Positions 9,070-17,493 of a stretch of DNA of 64,000 bases are shown here, piece after piece (position 1 is the stretch's first letter; the number at the start of each line of letters is the position of its first letter). The position numbers and the translations under genes were made by a program. Below the pieces are notes generated by a model. The model saw nothing but the letters and a program-made list of their open reading frames with translations. It was not told the origin of the DNA and searched no databases. Source of the stretch: Longimicrobiales bacterium (GTDB taxonomy: Bacteria; Gemmatimonadota; Gemmatimonadetes; Longimicrobiales; Gaopeijiaceae). The stretch covers positions 567,596 to 631,595 of the forward strand of contig CBDBJW010000005.1 of assembly GCA_965206505.1 (NCBI GenBank). The letters run 5' to 3'.

Positions 9070-10033
9070 CGATCTTACCCTGGGCCCTGTTCTCGTCCAT
9101 CGTTGTGTGCGCTTCCCGGAGCTTCTCGAAGGCAAAGTTTGGTCCGAGCTTGGGCTTGAGCTCACCAGATTCAACGAGAGAAACGTAGTTCTGAAGCTGA
9201 GCGGGCGTGAGATCGGACGACTCACCGGCGTACGAGGTCAACTTTACGCCGGTTGGCACGTCGGCCATTGGACGAAATTCCGGTAACACCCACGCACCGC
9301 CGAGAATACCGGTCATGCACACGATACCCCCTCGTCGTACCGCCTGCAGGGAATCCAGTAATGTCGTGGCCCCCACCAATTCGAGGACACGGTCGAAGCC
9401 GTTTGGGTAGATCGCTCGGGCCTGGTCCGCTATGGATCCGTCATCTACGAGCACGTGAGTGGCTCCCGCGGCTACTAGTTCGTCGGCTTTGGTCGCACTT
9501 CTGGTGGTCGCCGTGAGTTCGAGGCCTGCCGCCCGAGCGAGGGCGATGGTGGCAAAGCCGATGGACGATGTCCCACCTCGCACGAGGAGGTTCTCCGCGC
9601 GCTCGATCTCGAGGCCGGTATGGAGCGAGCCATGGACGGTCTGCAGCATCTCGGGCAGCGCTCCGAGAATCTTCCAATCCAGTTTCGTTTCCAATGGGAA
9701 CACATGCTGCCGTGGAACGAGGACATACTCGGCGTATGAGCCGTCGAAGTCTCGCCCCATACCACCCATCATTGCTGCGACTCGCATCCCCGGGGACAGG
9801 TTGGAGCCCGGCGCGGAAACCACTTCACCGACACATTCGATGCCGAGCACCCTGGGAAACTGCACTGTGGGCGACTGCCCCCGTCGTGTGAACCACTCCG
9901 ATCAGTTGAGCCCGAATGCCCGGTTTCGAATCAAGACCCACCCGTTGCGAGATTCGGGTCGGGGCATTTCTCGGAGCTCGAGCTTCTCCGGGCCGCCAGG
10001 CTCTTCGATCACGAAAGCGCGCATCATTTCCAT
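9053..10033 (-). pseudogene. zinc-type alcohol dehydrogenase / quinone oxidoreductase (MDR) interrupted by an in-frame TGA
   Basis: ORFs 9902..10252 and 9053..9865 are in the same frame. The joined reading is MEMMRAFVIEEPGGPEKLELREMPRPESRNGWVLIRNRAFGLN-TGA-SEWFTRRGQSPTVQFPRVLGIECVGEV. Family members normally have FGLNRSE at this point, so CGA to TGA at 9902-9904 is the likely lesion. Confidence 0.75.
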
Positions 10034-10161
10034 CGTCGGTCCTAGTTTCAGGCCAGTGCACCTCGCGGGACTCGCGTAGGGAGGCGGAAGCCGACGCCCC
10101 AGCGTTGCAGCTGGGACATCAACCTGCGACGTTGACGCACACCCCTGCAATGGAGGTCGGG

Positions 10162-11043
10162 ATGACCGATCGTACGATGCTGTTTCGCTCGGGGCTGAGC
10201 CTCGTCTTCTACCTGGCACTCGCCGGTGGCACTGTGGTGGCGCAGGACGCACCCCGGACCGAGCTGGGGGTGCGTCTGGCCGAGAATCACGGCGACGGCG
10301 CCTTCTACCGCGTGGAGGAGGTGAAGCTGCGGCAGGCCCCCGCCTACCCGGCCGGGACTTTTTATGCTCTTAAGACTTCCGACGCCGCCTACCGGACCTA
10401 TCTCGCGGGCCTGCGTGCCGTCGAGGAAGAAGCCGGAGTGACGACCGTGCTCGTGAACGACGTCCTGGGCCGGACGATACCCGGTCGCCCAGAGGACTGG
10501 CCCCCCAAACCCTATTGCGACTGGGACGTCGTGGTGTTGAAGCACTACCCGAACTGGCGGGCATGGGAAATGGTGGAGGGGAGCGCCGCGCAGCAGGCGG
10601 CCGTCGTGCACCGTGGGGCCGCCGTGGAGGGCGACCAGGTGGTGATTGCCGAGGCGCCGCAGGTACCCCCAACGCCGCGGCAGGTCACCTCCGACGACCC
10701 GACCGACACGGTAATGTATGTGGTGAACCTCATCCGACTCCGCGAGGAGGCCTTCTACCCCAGAGGCGAGTATCCGGGCTCGACCGGCCGCGAAGCCTTC
10801 AGCCGTTACCAGGGCGGCGGGGAGCTGAGTACGACGGACCGCGTGGGATTTGTCAGCACCGAAGTGAACGACGCCCTCAACCCTCCCGGCGTCAGCTGGT
10901 GGCGCTTGAACATCGTGCAATACGCCAGCTTGCGCGATTTCATGATGATAGAATATACCGCCGAGTTCCACCACATCTGGCGCCACAAGAACGCGGGCGT
11001 GAGTCCGTTCTGCAGCCCGGCCACTGTGCCGACCCTGCCCTAG
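10162..11043 (+). CDS. secreted protein of unknown function, two DUF1330-like (dimeric alpha/beta-barrel-like) halves; tandem paralogue 1
   Basis: GGAGG 5 nt before the ATG. Signal peptide MTDRTMLFRSGLSLVFYLALAGGTVVAQD. High GC3. The segments VVVLKHYPNWRAWEMVEGSAAQQAAVVHR and WWRLNIVQYASLRDFMMIEYTAEFHHIWRHK resemble DUF1330 C-terminal halves (from memory, weak). Confidence 0.7.
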   Translation: MTDRTMLFRSGLSLVFYLALAGGTVVAQDAPRTELGVRLAENHGDGAFYRVEEVKLRQAPAYPAGTFYALKTSDAAYRTYLAGLRAVEEEAGVTTVLVNDVLGRTIPGRPEDWPPKPYCDWDVVVLKHYPNWRAWEMVEGSAAQQAAVVHRGAAVEGDQVVIAEAPQVPPTPRQVTSDDPTDTVMYVVNLIRLREEAFYPRGEYPGSTGREAFSRYQGGGELSTTDRVGFVSTEVNDALNPPGVSWWRLNIVQYASLRDFMMIEYTAEFHHIWRHKNAGVSPFCSPATVPTLP

Positions 11044-11092
11044 TCATCGCTGGGAAGGTGAGGGACGCCACCATCATTAAGTGGAGGTCGCA

Positions 11093-11974
11093 ATGACTGA
11101 TCGTACGATGCTGCTTCGCTCGGGGCTGAGCCTCGTCTTCTACCTGGCACTCGCCGGTGGCACTGTGGTGGCGCAGGACGCACCCCGGACCGAGCTGGGG
11201 AGGCGTCTGGTCGAGAATCACGGCGACGGCGCCTTCTACCGCGTGGAGGAGGTGAAGCTGCGGCAGGCCCCCGCCTACCCGGCCGGGACTTTTTATGATC
11301 TTAAGACTTCCGACGCCGCCTACCGGACCTATCTCGCGGGCCTGCGTGCCGTCGAGGAAGAAGCCGGAGTGACGACCGTGCTCGTGAACGACGTCCTGGG
11401 CCGGACGATACCCGGTCGCCCAGAGGACTGGCCCCCCAAACCCTATTGCGACTGGGACGTCGTGGTGTTGAAGCACTACCCGAACTGGCGGGCATGGGAA
11501 ATGGTGGAGGGGAGCGCCGCGCAGCAGGCGGCCGTCGTGCACCGTGGGGCCGCCGTGGAGGGCGACCAGGTGGTGATTGCCGAGGCGCCGCAGGTACCCC
11601 CAACGCCGCGGCAGGTCACCTCCGACGACCCGACCGACACGGTAATGTATGTGGTGAACCTCATCCGACTCCGCGAGGAGGCCTTCTACCCCAGAGGCGA
11701 GTATCCGGGCTCGACCGGCCGCGAAGCCTACAGCCGTTACCAGGGCGGCCATGAGCTGAGTACGACGGACCGCGAGGGACTTGTCGGCGTCGAAGTGAAC
11801 GACGCCCTCAACCCTCCCGGCGTCAGCTGGTGGCGCTTGAACATCGTGCAATACGCCAGCTTGCGCGCTTTCATGGTGATAGAAAATACCGCCGAGTTCC
11901 GCCACGTCTGGCGCCACAAGGACGCGGCCTTCAGTCCGTTCTGCAGCCCGGCCACTGTGCCGACCCTGCCCTAA
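11093..11974 (+). CDS. secreted protein of unknown function; tandem paralogue 2
   Basis: Same architecture, RBS and signal peptide as 10162..11043. Differences cluster in the first about 70 codons and the last about 80 codons. Confidence 0.7.
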   Translation: MTDRTMLLRSGLSLVFYLALAGGTVVAQDAPRTELGRRLVENHGDGAFYRVEEVKLRQAPAYPAGTFYDLKTSDAAYRTYLAGLRAVEEEAGVTTVLVNDVLGRTIPGRPEDWPPKPYCDWDVVVLKHYPNWRAWEMVEGSAAQQAAVVHRGAAVEGDQVVIAEAPQVPPTPRQVTSDDPTDTVMYVVNLIRLREEAFYPRGEYPGSTGREAYSRYQGGHELSTTDREGLVGVEVNDALNPPGVSWWRLNIVQYASLRAFMVIENTAEFRHVWRHKDAAFSPFCSPATVPTLP

Positions 11975-12023
11975 TCATCGGTGGGAAGGTGAGGGACGCC
12001 ACCATCATTAAGTGGAGGTCGCA

Positions 12024-12906
12024 ATGACTGATCGTACGATGCTGTTTCGCTCGGGGCTGAGCCTCCTCTTCTACCTGGCACTCGCCGGTGGCACTGTGGT
12101 GGCGCAGGACGCACCCCGGACCGAGCTGGGGGCGCGTCTGGCCGAGAATCACGGCGACGGCGCCTTCTGCCGCATGGAGGCGGTGAAGCTGCGGCAGGCC
12201 CCCGCCTACCCGGCCGGGACTTTTTATGCTCTTAAGACTCCCGACGCCGCCTACCGGACCTATCTCGCGGGCCTGCGTGCCGTCGAGGAAGAGGCCGGCG
12301 TGACGAGCATGCTCGTGAACGACGTCCTGGGCCAGACGATACCCGGTCGCCCAGAGGACTGGCCCCTCAAACCCAATTGTGACTGGGACGTCGTGGTGTT
12401 GAAGCACTACCCGAACTGGCGGGCATGGGAAATGGTGGAGGGGAGCGCTGCGCAGCAGGCGGCCGTCGTGCACCGTGGGGCCGCCGTGGAGGGCGAGCAG
12501 GTGGTGATTACCGAGGCGCCGCAGGTGCCCCCAAACGCCGCGGCAGGTCACCTCCGACGACCCGACCGACACGGTATTGTATTTGCTGTCCCTCGACCAA
12601 CTCCGCGAGGAGGCCTTCTACCCCAGAGGCGAGTATCCGGGCTCGACCGGCCGCGAAGCCTTAAGCCGTTACCAGGGCGGCGGGGAGCTGAGTACGACGG
12701 ACCGCGAGATATTTGTCAGCGTCGAAGTGAACGACGCCCTCAACCCTCCCGGCGTCAGCTGGTGGCGCATGCCCATCATGCAATACGCCAGCTTGCGCGC
12801 TTTCATGGTGATAGAAAATACCCGTGAGTTCTGGCACATCTGGCGCCACAAGGACGCGGCCTTCAGTCCGTTCTGCAGCCCGGCCACTGTGCCGACCCTG
12901 CCCTAG
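12024..12906 (+). pseudogene. tandem paralogue 3, +1 frameshifted
   Basis: CCCCAAACGCCG (AAA at 12533-12535) versus CCCCAACGCCG in copies 1 and 2. After this extra A the homologous reading (TPRQVTSDDPTDTVLYLLSLDQLREEAFYP...SPATVPTLP) continues in the frame of ORF 12577..12906. Confidence 0.65.
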
Positions 12907-12926
12907 TCATAGTGACTCGGGGGTAC

Positions 12927-13592
12927 CTACGCTTCCAGCCTCTCGAGTTGGTGCTCGAAATACCCGCTCCAACTGTTGGGTAGGGCGGTTGCCGTAATAG
13001 CCTTCTTCAAGAGCGCGATGTTACCCCGTTCGGTGGTGTACAACCGCGTGATGTCGGCCACGGCTAGCCCGTCGGGATGCTTCAAGAGCAGCTCGAGGGC
13101 ATCGCCCGCCTGAACCTCTCCCTCTTCCACCACGCCAAAGTAGAAGCCGCTCCGCTGACTCTGGAGAAACCGCTTCGGCATGTCGGCCCGGCCGAAGCGA
13201 ACGCTCAGTTTGAAGCACGGCATACGCGGCTCGGTCACCACTACCCGGGCCGTCCCGACGCTGAACTCGTCGCCGATGTGGATCGAGTCCTCGTCCATGC
13301 CGTCGACGGTGAAGTTCTCGCCGAAATGGCCCCACCCGAAATCGACGTCGGGTAGCTCCTCACGCCAGTACGTATAGTGTTGGATGGGGTATACGTATAC
13401 TGCCTTGGTGGGTCCGCCGTGGACGGAAAGGTCGGCCTGCTGGTCTCCGTCCAGGTTGTGCCTGCGCAAGGCGACGGGGCCTTCCACCGGACTCTTGAAG
13501 ATGCCCGTCGAAACGGGCTGGTCCCTCCACTGGACGGTCTTGGGGAGGCCCACGTTTACGGAAATGACCTTCACCGGCTCTCCATCGCTCAT
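12927..13592 (-). CDS. MOSC domain protein (YiiM-like)
   Basis: VISVNVGLPKTV...TGIFKSPV...DLSVHGGPTKAVYVYP...TEPRMPCFKL...SGFYFGVVEEGEVQAGD is a full-length MOSC architecture. Confidence 0.85.
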   Translation of the reverse strand: MSDGEPVKVISVNVGLPKTVQWRDQPVSTGIFKSPVEGPVALRRHNLDGDQQADLSVHGGPTKAVYVYPIQHYTYWREELPDVDFGWGHFGENFTVDGMDEDSIHIGDEFSVGTARVVVTEPRMPCFKLSVRFGRADMPKRFLQSQRSGFYFGVVEEGEVQAGDALELLLKHPDGLAVADITRLYTTERGNIALLKKAITATALPNSWSGYFEHQLERLEA

Positions 13593-14047
13593 GATGGGTG
13601 CTCCCGCTCATGGGGTGCTCCGCCCGACGCCCTCAGGTCCGCGCTTCCGGCACCCCCTCCGCGAAGGAGCAGGTACACCGACAGGATCATCACCACGGCA
13701 GGGATAATCGGTTCTTCCGGTTGGAGTGGGAACAGAGAGGGGTCGTCTACCACCAAGTGTACGTAGGTCCCCACGATCATGATGCTGAAAACGACCAAAG
13801 TGGCCAGTCGAGTGTGGAATCCGATCAGCAGAGCACCGCCGATCGCCATTTCGATGAAGGGCACCGCCCAGCGATTCAGGTCCTGGAACGGGATGTTCGC
13901 CCCCGCCAGCTGTCCAGCGAACGCTTCTCCCAAGCTGGGTACGGCGACTTTCATGACGCCCGTCATCACGAAAAGGATTCCCAGCCCGATGCGGATGCCG
14001 GCAGCGACTCGGTCATTCCGGGTTCTGCGAATGGACTTCCACGTCAT
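13589..14047 (-). CDS. DoxX-family membrane protein
   Basis: RIGLGILFVMTGVMKV...FIEMAIGGALLIGFHTRLATLVVFSIMIVGTYVH is a DoxX pattern. AGGAGGA lies before ATG 14047. The stop overlaps the MOSC start (ATGA). Confidence 0.8.
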   Translation of the reverse strand: MTWKSIRRTRNDRVAAGIRIGLGILFVMTGVMKVAVPSLGEAFAGQLAGANIPFQDLNRWAVPFIEMAIGGALLIGFHTRLATLVVFSIMIVGTYVHLVVDDPSLFPLQPEEPIIPAVVMILSVYLLLRGGGAGSADLRASGGAPHEREHPS

Positions 14048-14199
14048 GATCTCCTCCTGCAGAGTCGAGTCGGTCGGGCCGTTTCTTCGGCGGTCTGGAA
14101 AGGGATCGGTTGAGTAGAGCGAAAGTAAGGTGCGGTACCGACTCCTCAAAGTCGCCACTCCGCTTGCGGCGGGCGACTCGGGTTACCAAAGTGCTCGCC

Positions 14200-14736
14200 A
14201 TGCCGCGCTACTTCGCCCTCCTCCGCGGGATCAATGTCGGAGGCCACAGAGTCAAGATGGACCGGCTCCGCGAACTCGTCGAGGCGTTGGGGTTCGAGCA
14301 GGTCGAGACGTTCATCGCGAGTGGCAACATGATCTTTTCCTCGACGTCTCGGGACGTCCACGCCATGGAGGAGCGGATCGCTCGGCACTTGGAAAAAGCC
14401 CTGGGTTACGGGGTTCCGACCCTCGTCAGGTCTCAGTCCGAGCTCGAATCCATAGCGACCTTCGAGCCGAGCGAGCCAGCCCCGACGGACCAGTCGGTGT
14501 ATGTGATCTTCTTACCGGAATCGGCGGACGTCGAGCTACGGAGGAGCCTCGAGAATCTCAACAGCGATACCGATAGATTCGAATTCGCCGGTCGTGAAGC
14601 GTACTGGCTCATACGCGGCAAGCTCAGCGAGTCACCCCTCTTCGGAGTGGATCTGACGAAGGTGACAGGAAGAGCGCCAACGACGATGCGCAACATGACC
14701 ACCATCCGTAGGCTTGTGGCCAAATATCCCACGTAA
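14200..14736 (+). CDS. DUF1697 domain protein
   Basis: MPRYFALLRGINVGGHRVKMDRLRELVEALGFEQVETFIASGNMIFSS is the characteristic DUF1697 N-terminus. Confidence 0.8.
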   Translation: MPRYFALLRGINVGGHRVKMDRLRELVEALGFEQVETFIASGNMIFSSTSRDVHAMEERIARHLEKALGYGVPTLVRSQSELESIATFEPSEPAPTDQSVYVIFLPESADVELRRSLENLNSDTDRFEFAGREAYWLIRGKLSESPLFGVDLTKVTGRAPTTMRNMTTIRRLVAKYPT

Positions 14737-14869
14737 GATTGACCCGCCTCGACACTAGGTCGGGTACCGGCTCTTCGATCTATCTTGCCTCCCCGCCGGC
14801 GTAGGCTCACTGTGAGGGGCCCGATTACACATCCCCGCCCTAGCTCAACCAGAGTCCCGAACAAGATCG

Positions 14870-16486
14870 ATGTCATCCGCTCGACGGCGGCGTGCCCATC
14901 AGGGGAGCCGACAGAAAAACAGGCAAGCCTCGCCTGATTCGCGAATCCCATCACCGCGTCGCGTGTTCCTGGTACCCTTGGCGCTGACGCTGGGTCTCGC
15001 CATGCTGTCGTTCGTGCCCCGCGTATCGGGCAACCCGATTCTCGCTGGCTCCTTTTGGGGTGCGGCCATCGTATTGCTCGTCTGGCAGGCGGCGCTCTTC
15101 CTGCGGCTCAAGGGTGTGTCTGAGGGCCGGTCCCTCCATACCGTGCTGCGTCCCCAACATTACCTGCAGGCGCTCGTTCAAGTAGCCGTGTTCGCGTACT
15201 GGGGCTGGTACTGGCGGCCTGTCTACGACTTCGTTTGGCTTCTCGTGGCGCAGTTGGTGTTCGCCTACGCCTTCGACATGCTTCTGGCCTGGACGCGGCG
15301 CGGTAGCTATGTGCTCGGCTTCGGGCCGTTTCCCATCATTTTCAGCACGAACCTGTTCCTCTGGTTCCGGGACGACTGGTTCTACTTGCAGTTCCTCATG
15401 CTTGCGGTCGGGTTCATGGGGAAGGAGTTCGTGCGCTGGCAACGGGAAGGAAAACGGGTGCACATCTTCAACCCCTCCGCCTTTTCGTTGGGGCTGTTCT
15501 CCCTGGTATTAATTGCCACGAACACCACAGAGTTGACCTGGGGACAGGAGATCGCCTCGACGCTGACACTCGCTCCCTACATCTACTCGTTTCTGTTTCT
15601 GATCGGCCTGATCGTCATGTACTTCTTTTCGATCACGTTGGTCTCCGGGTCAGCAGCCATCATGCTGTTCAGCCTGAGCGCGCTGTACGGGGGGGTCACG
15701 GGCGTTCCGTACTTCGTCGACTCCGAGATCCCTTCGGCGGTCTTTCTCGGACTGCTTCTGCTCGTGACCGATCCGTCGACGTCACCGAGGACGCCACTCG
15801 GAAAGAGCATCTTCGGCGGGCTGTACGGCGTGGGTGTCTTCGGTCTCTACGCGCTCCTCGGCGCCCTCGGGGCGCCGACGTTCTACGACAAGCTTCTCTG
15901 TGTGCCTCTCCTGAATCTGAGCGTGCAAGCCATCGACGGTCTGGTCGGTACAATTCGGAAGAGTCCCGGCTGGAATCGGTGGCGTCGGGATTGGGCTCCC
16001 ACACGGGCCAACTTGGCCTATATGGCGGCTTGGATCGTCTTCTTCGGAGCCATGACGGTGTCGGGACGGACAGACGCGCGGCACACGGGCGACAGCTTGC
16101 CGTTCTGGCAGCAGGCATGTGAGGAGGGGCGGCGAAACGCGTGTGAGCGGCTGATCCAACTGGAATCCTCGTACTGTAGCGACAACTCGGGATGGGCTTG
16201 TAACGAGTTGGGTGGGCACTACATGGAGGGCCGGATCACAGTTGTCGACTCCGAGCTTGCGACCGCCTATTTCTCCAGGGCATGCGAGGTCCGGTTCCAG
16301 GCCGGATGTGTCAACGTTCTGGAGCCGGGAAGCCCAAGTCGGGCGGACCCACGCATCATCGACCTCCGACTGCTCTTACGCGAGGGGGGTCAAAACTTGA
16401 TGGAAATGCCGGAGCAGGACCTGTACGCCCGGGCCTGTGATCACGGCTGGACCTTCGCCTGCGGTCCGGGGGTGCGGTCGCTGTGA
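14870..16486 (+). CDS. polytopic membrane protein (NqrB/RnfD-like core) fused to C-terminal Cys-rich Sel1-like repeats
   Basis: HIFNPSAFSLGLF and TDPSTSPRTPLGKSIFGGLYG resemble conserved NqrB/RnfD segments. The C-terminus (ACEEGRRNACERL, WACNELGGHYMEG, AYFSRACEVRFQAGCVNV, ARACDHGWTFAC) resembles Sel1/Hcp-type repeats. Confidence 0.55.
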   Translation: MSSARRRRAHQGSRQKNRQASPDSRIPSPRRVFLVPLALTLGLAMLSFVPRVSGNPILAGSFWGAAIVLLVWQAALFLRLKGVSEGRSLHTVLRPQHYLQALVQVAVFAYWGWYWRPVYDFVWLLVAQLVFAYAFDMLLAWTRRGSYVLGFGPFPIIFSTNLFLWFRDDWFYLQFLMLAVGFMGKEFVRWQREGKRVHIFNPSAFSLGLFSLVLIATNTTELTWGQEIASTLTLAPYIYSFLFLIGLIVMYFFSITLVSGSAAIMLFSLSALYGGVTGVPYFVDSEIPSAVFLGLLLLVTDPSTSPRTPLGKSIFGGLYGVGVFGLYALLGALGAPTFYDKLLCVPLLNLSVQAIDGLVGTIRKSPGWNRWRRDWAPTRANLAYMAAWIVFFGAMTVSGRTDARHTGDSLPFWQQACEEGRRNACERLIQLESSYCSDNSGWACNELGGHYMEGRITVVDSELATAYFSRACEVRFQAGCVNVLEPGSPSRADPRIIDLRLLLREGGQNLMEMPEQDLYARACDHGWTFACGPGVRSL

Positions 16487-17493
16487 GTGTAAGAGAGGAG
16501 TCGCGGCAGGACCCGGGCGGGTCACGGCAGGACCCGGGCGCGCCACGGAATGGCTCTGGCGGGCCGCCGCCATCGATCGGCGGAATAACCTTAGTGGTCG
16601 TTCTGGTCCTGGGCGTCGCCGTATGGATGTCGCTCCAGCGGCCACAGCCCGAATCGGCGGGTGACGTGGAGCGCCTTTCCCGGCTTACGGCCAATCTTGG
16701 AGACCTTTCGGGCTTCCGCTCGGACGCATGGTTTCTCCCGGATGAGGGGCTCCTCGGTTTTGTGGAGGTTCCGGCGGGCCCGTTCTTGATGGGAAGTGAC
16801 CCCGCGATCGACCCGCTGGCCTTCGACAATGAGTGGTGGCCGGGTGCACGTCCCCAGGCGACGGTGGATCTTCCGGCGTTCTACATCGGCCGATACGAAG
16901 TCACGGTCGCTCAGTTCGCGGCATTCGTCGAGGAGACGGGATACAGGGCCAATGACGAGGCGTTCCAGACACCTCCGGGCCATCCCGTGGCCACCGTCTC
17001 ATGGACCGACGCACTCGCTTTCGCCCGATGGCTGGAGACAGCACTCAGGGAATGGCCGGAGACGCCCCCGGAGCTCAGCCGACGGCTCCGCGACGGCTGG
17101 CGAATCAGCCTTCCGACCGAAGCTCAATGGGAGAAGGCGGCGCGCGGGTCCGACGGGAGGGTCTATCCATGGGGGAATGAGCCGAGACGGGACCGGGCCA
17201 ACTACGGGGGGCGGGGGACGGAGTCGGTCGGCAGCTTCGAATGCCCGGAGTGCCCGTTCGGCCTCCTAGACATGAGCGGCAACGTTTGGGAGTTGACCCG
17301 TAGCCCGTACCAGGCCTACCCCTACGACGAGTCGAACGACCGGGAGGGCCTCGATGCGGACGCCCTATGGGTGATGCGTGGCGGTGCGTTCAACGATCCC
17401 GAGCGGAACGTCCGGACCGCGATTCGCGGGGGTGCAGACCCCGGCGTGCGTCGGCCATTCATCGGATTCCGTCTGGTGATTACTCGCTTCTAG
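16483..17493 (+). CDS. formylglycine-generating-enzyme (SUMF1/FGE) family protein, membrane anchored
   Basis: FYIGRYEVTVAQFAAFVEETGY, HPVATVSWTDALAFARWL, RISLPTEAQWEKAARG, LDMSGNVWELT, VMRGGAF...IGFRLV. Its GTG start overlaps the upstream stop. Confidence 0.85.
   Translation: MSVREESRQDPGGSRQDPGAPRNGSGGPPPSIGGITLVVVLVLGVAVWMSLQRPQPESAGDVERLSRLTANLGDLSGFRSDAWFLPDEGLLGFVEVPAGPFLMGSDPAIDPLAFDNEWWPGARPQATVDLPAFYIGRYEVTVAQFAAFVEETGYRANDEAFQTPPGHPVATVSWTDALAFARWLETALREWPETPPELSRRLRDGWRISLPTEAQWEKAARGSDGRVYPWGNEPRRDRANYGGRGTESVGSFECPECPFGLLDMSGNVWELTRSPYQAYPYDESNDREGLDADALWVMRGGAFNDPERNVRTAIRGGADPGVRRPFIGFRLVITRF

Larger units (their letters stand above)
10151..12910 (+). repeat. tandem triplication, 931-bp period, each unit = RBS + one gene + 49-bp spacer
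   Basis: ATG starts at 10162, 11093 and 12024, exactly 931 bp apart. By eye, copies 1 and 2 are identical over about 430 bp (about 10368-10798 versus 11299-11729). The identical antisense ORF translations in the track (10370..10672 = 11301..11603) confirm this. Confidence 0.9.

Noticed and set aside
9902-9904. Reading the in-frame TGA as selenocysteine or recoding.
   Set aside because: The aligned position in this enzyme family is an Arg (FGLNRSE), not a catalytic Cys/Sec. No SECIS-like hairpin is evident immediately downstream. A CGA to TGA transition is sufficient to explain it.
10048-12572. Long minus-strand ORFs across the tandem array (10048..10986 at 312 aa, 10940..11917 at 325 aa, 11931..12572 at 213 aa).
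   Set aside because: They are Arg/Gly/His/Pro-rich, have no RBS or signal features, and mirror the plus-strand genes. The plus-strand genes have GGAGG-ATG starts, signal peptides and GC-rich third positions. These are typical antisense shadow ORFs of high-GC DNA.
10151-12910. Reading the repeat array as a CRISPR or satellite.
   Set aside because: The period is 931 bp and each unit is a complete gene with an RBS. There is no short repeat-spacer organisation anywhere in the window.
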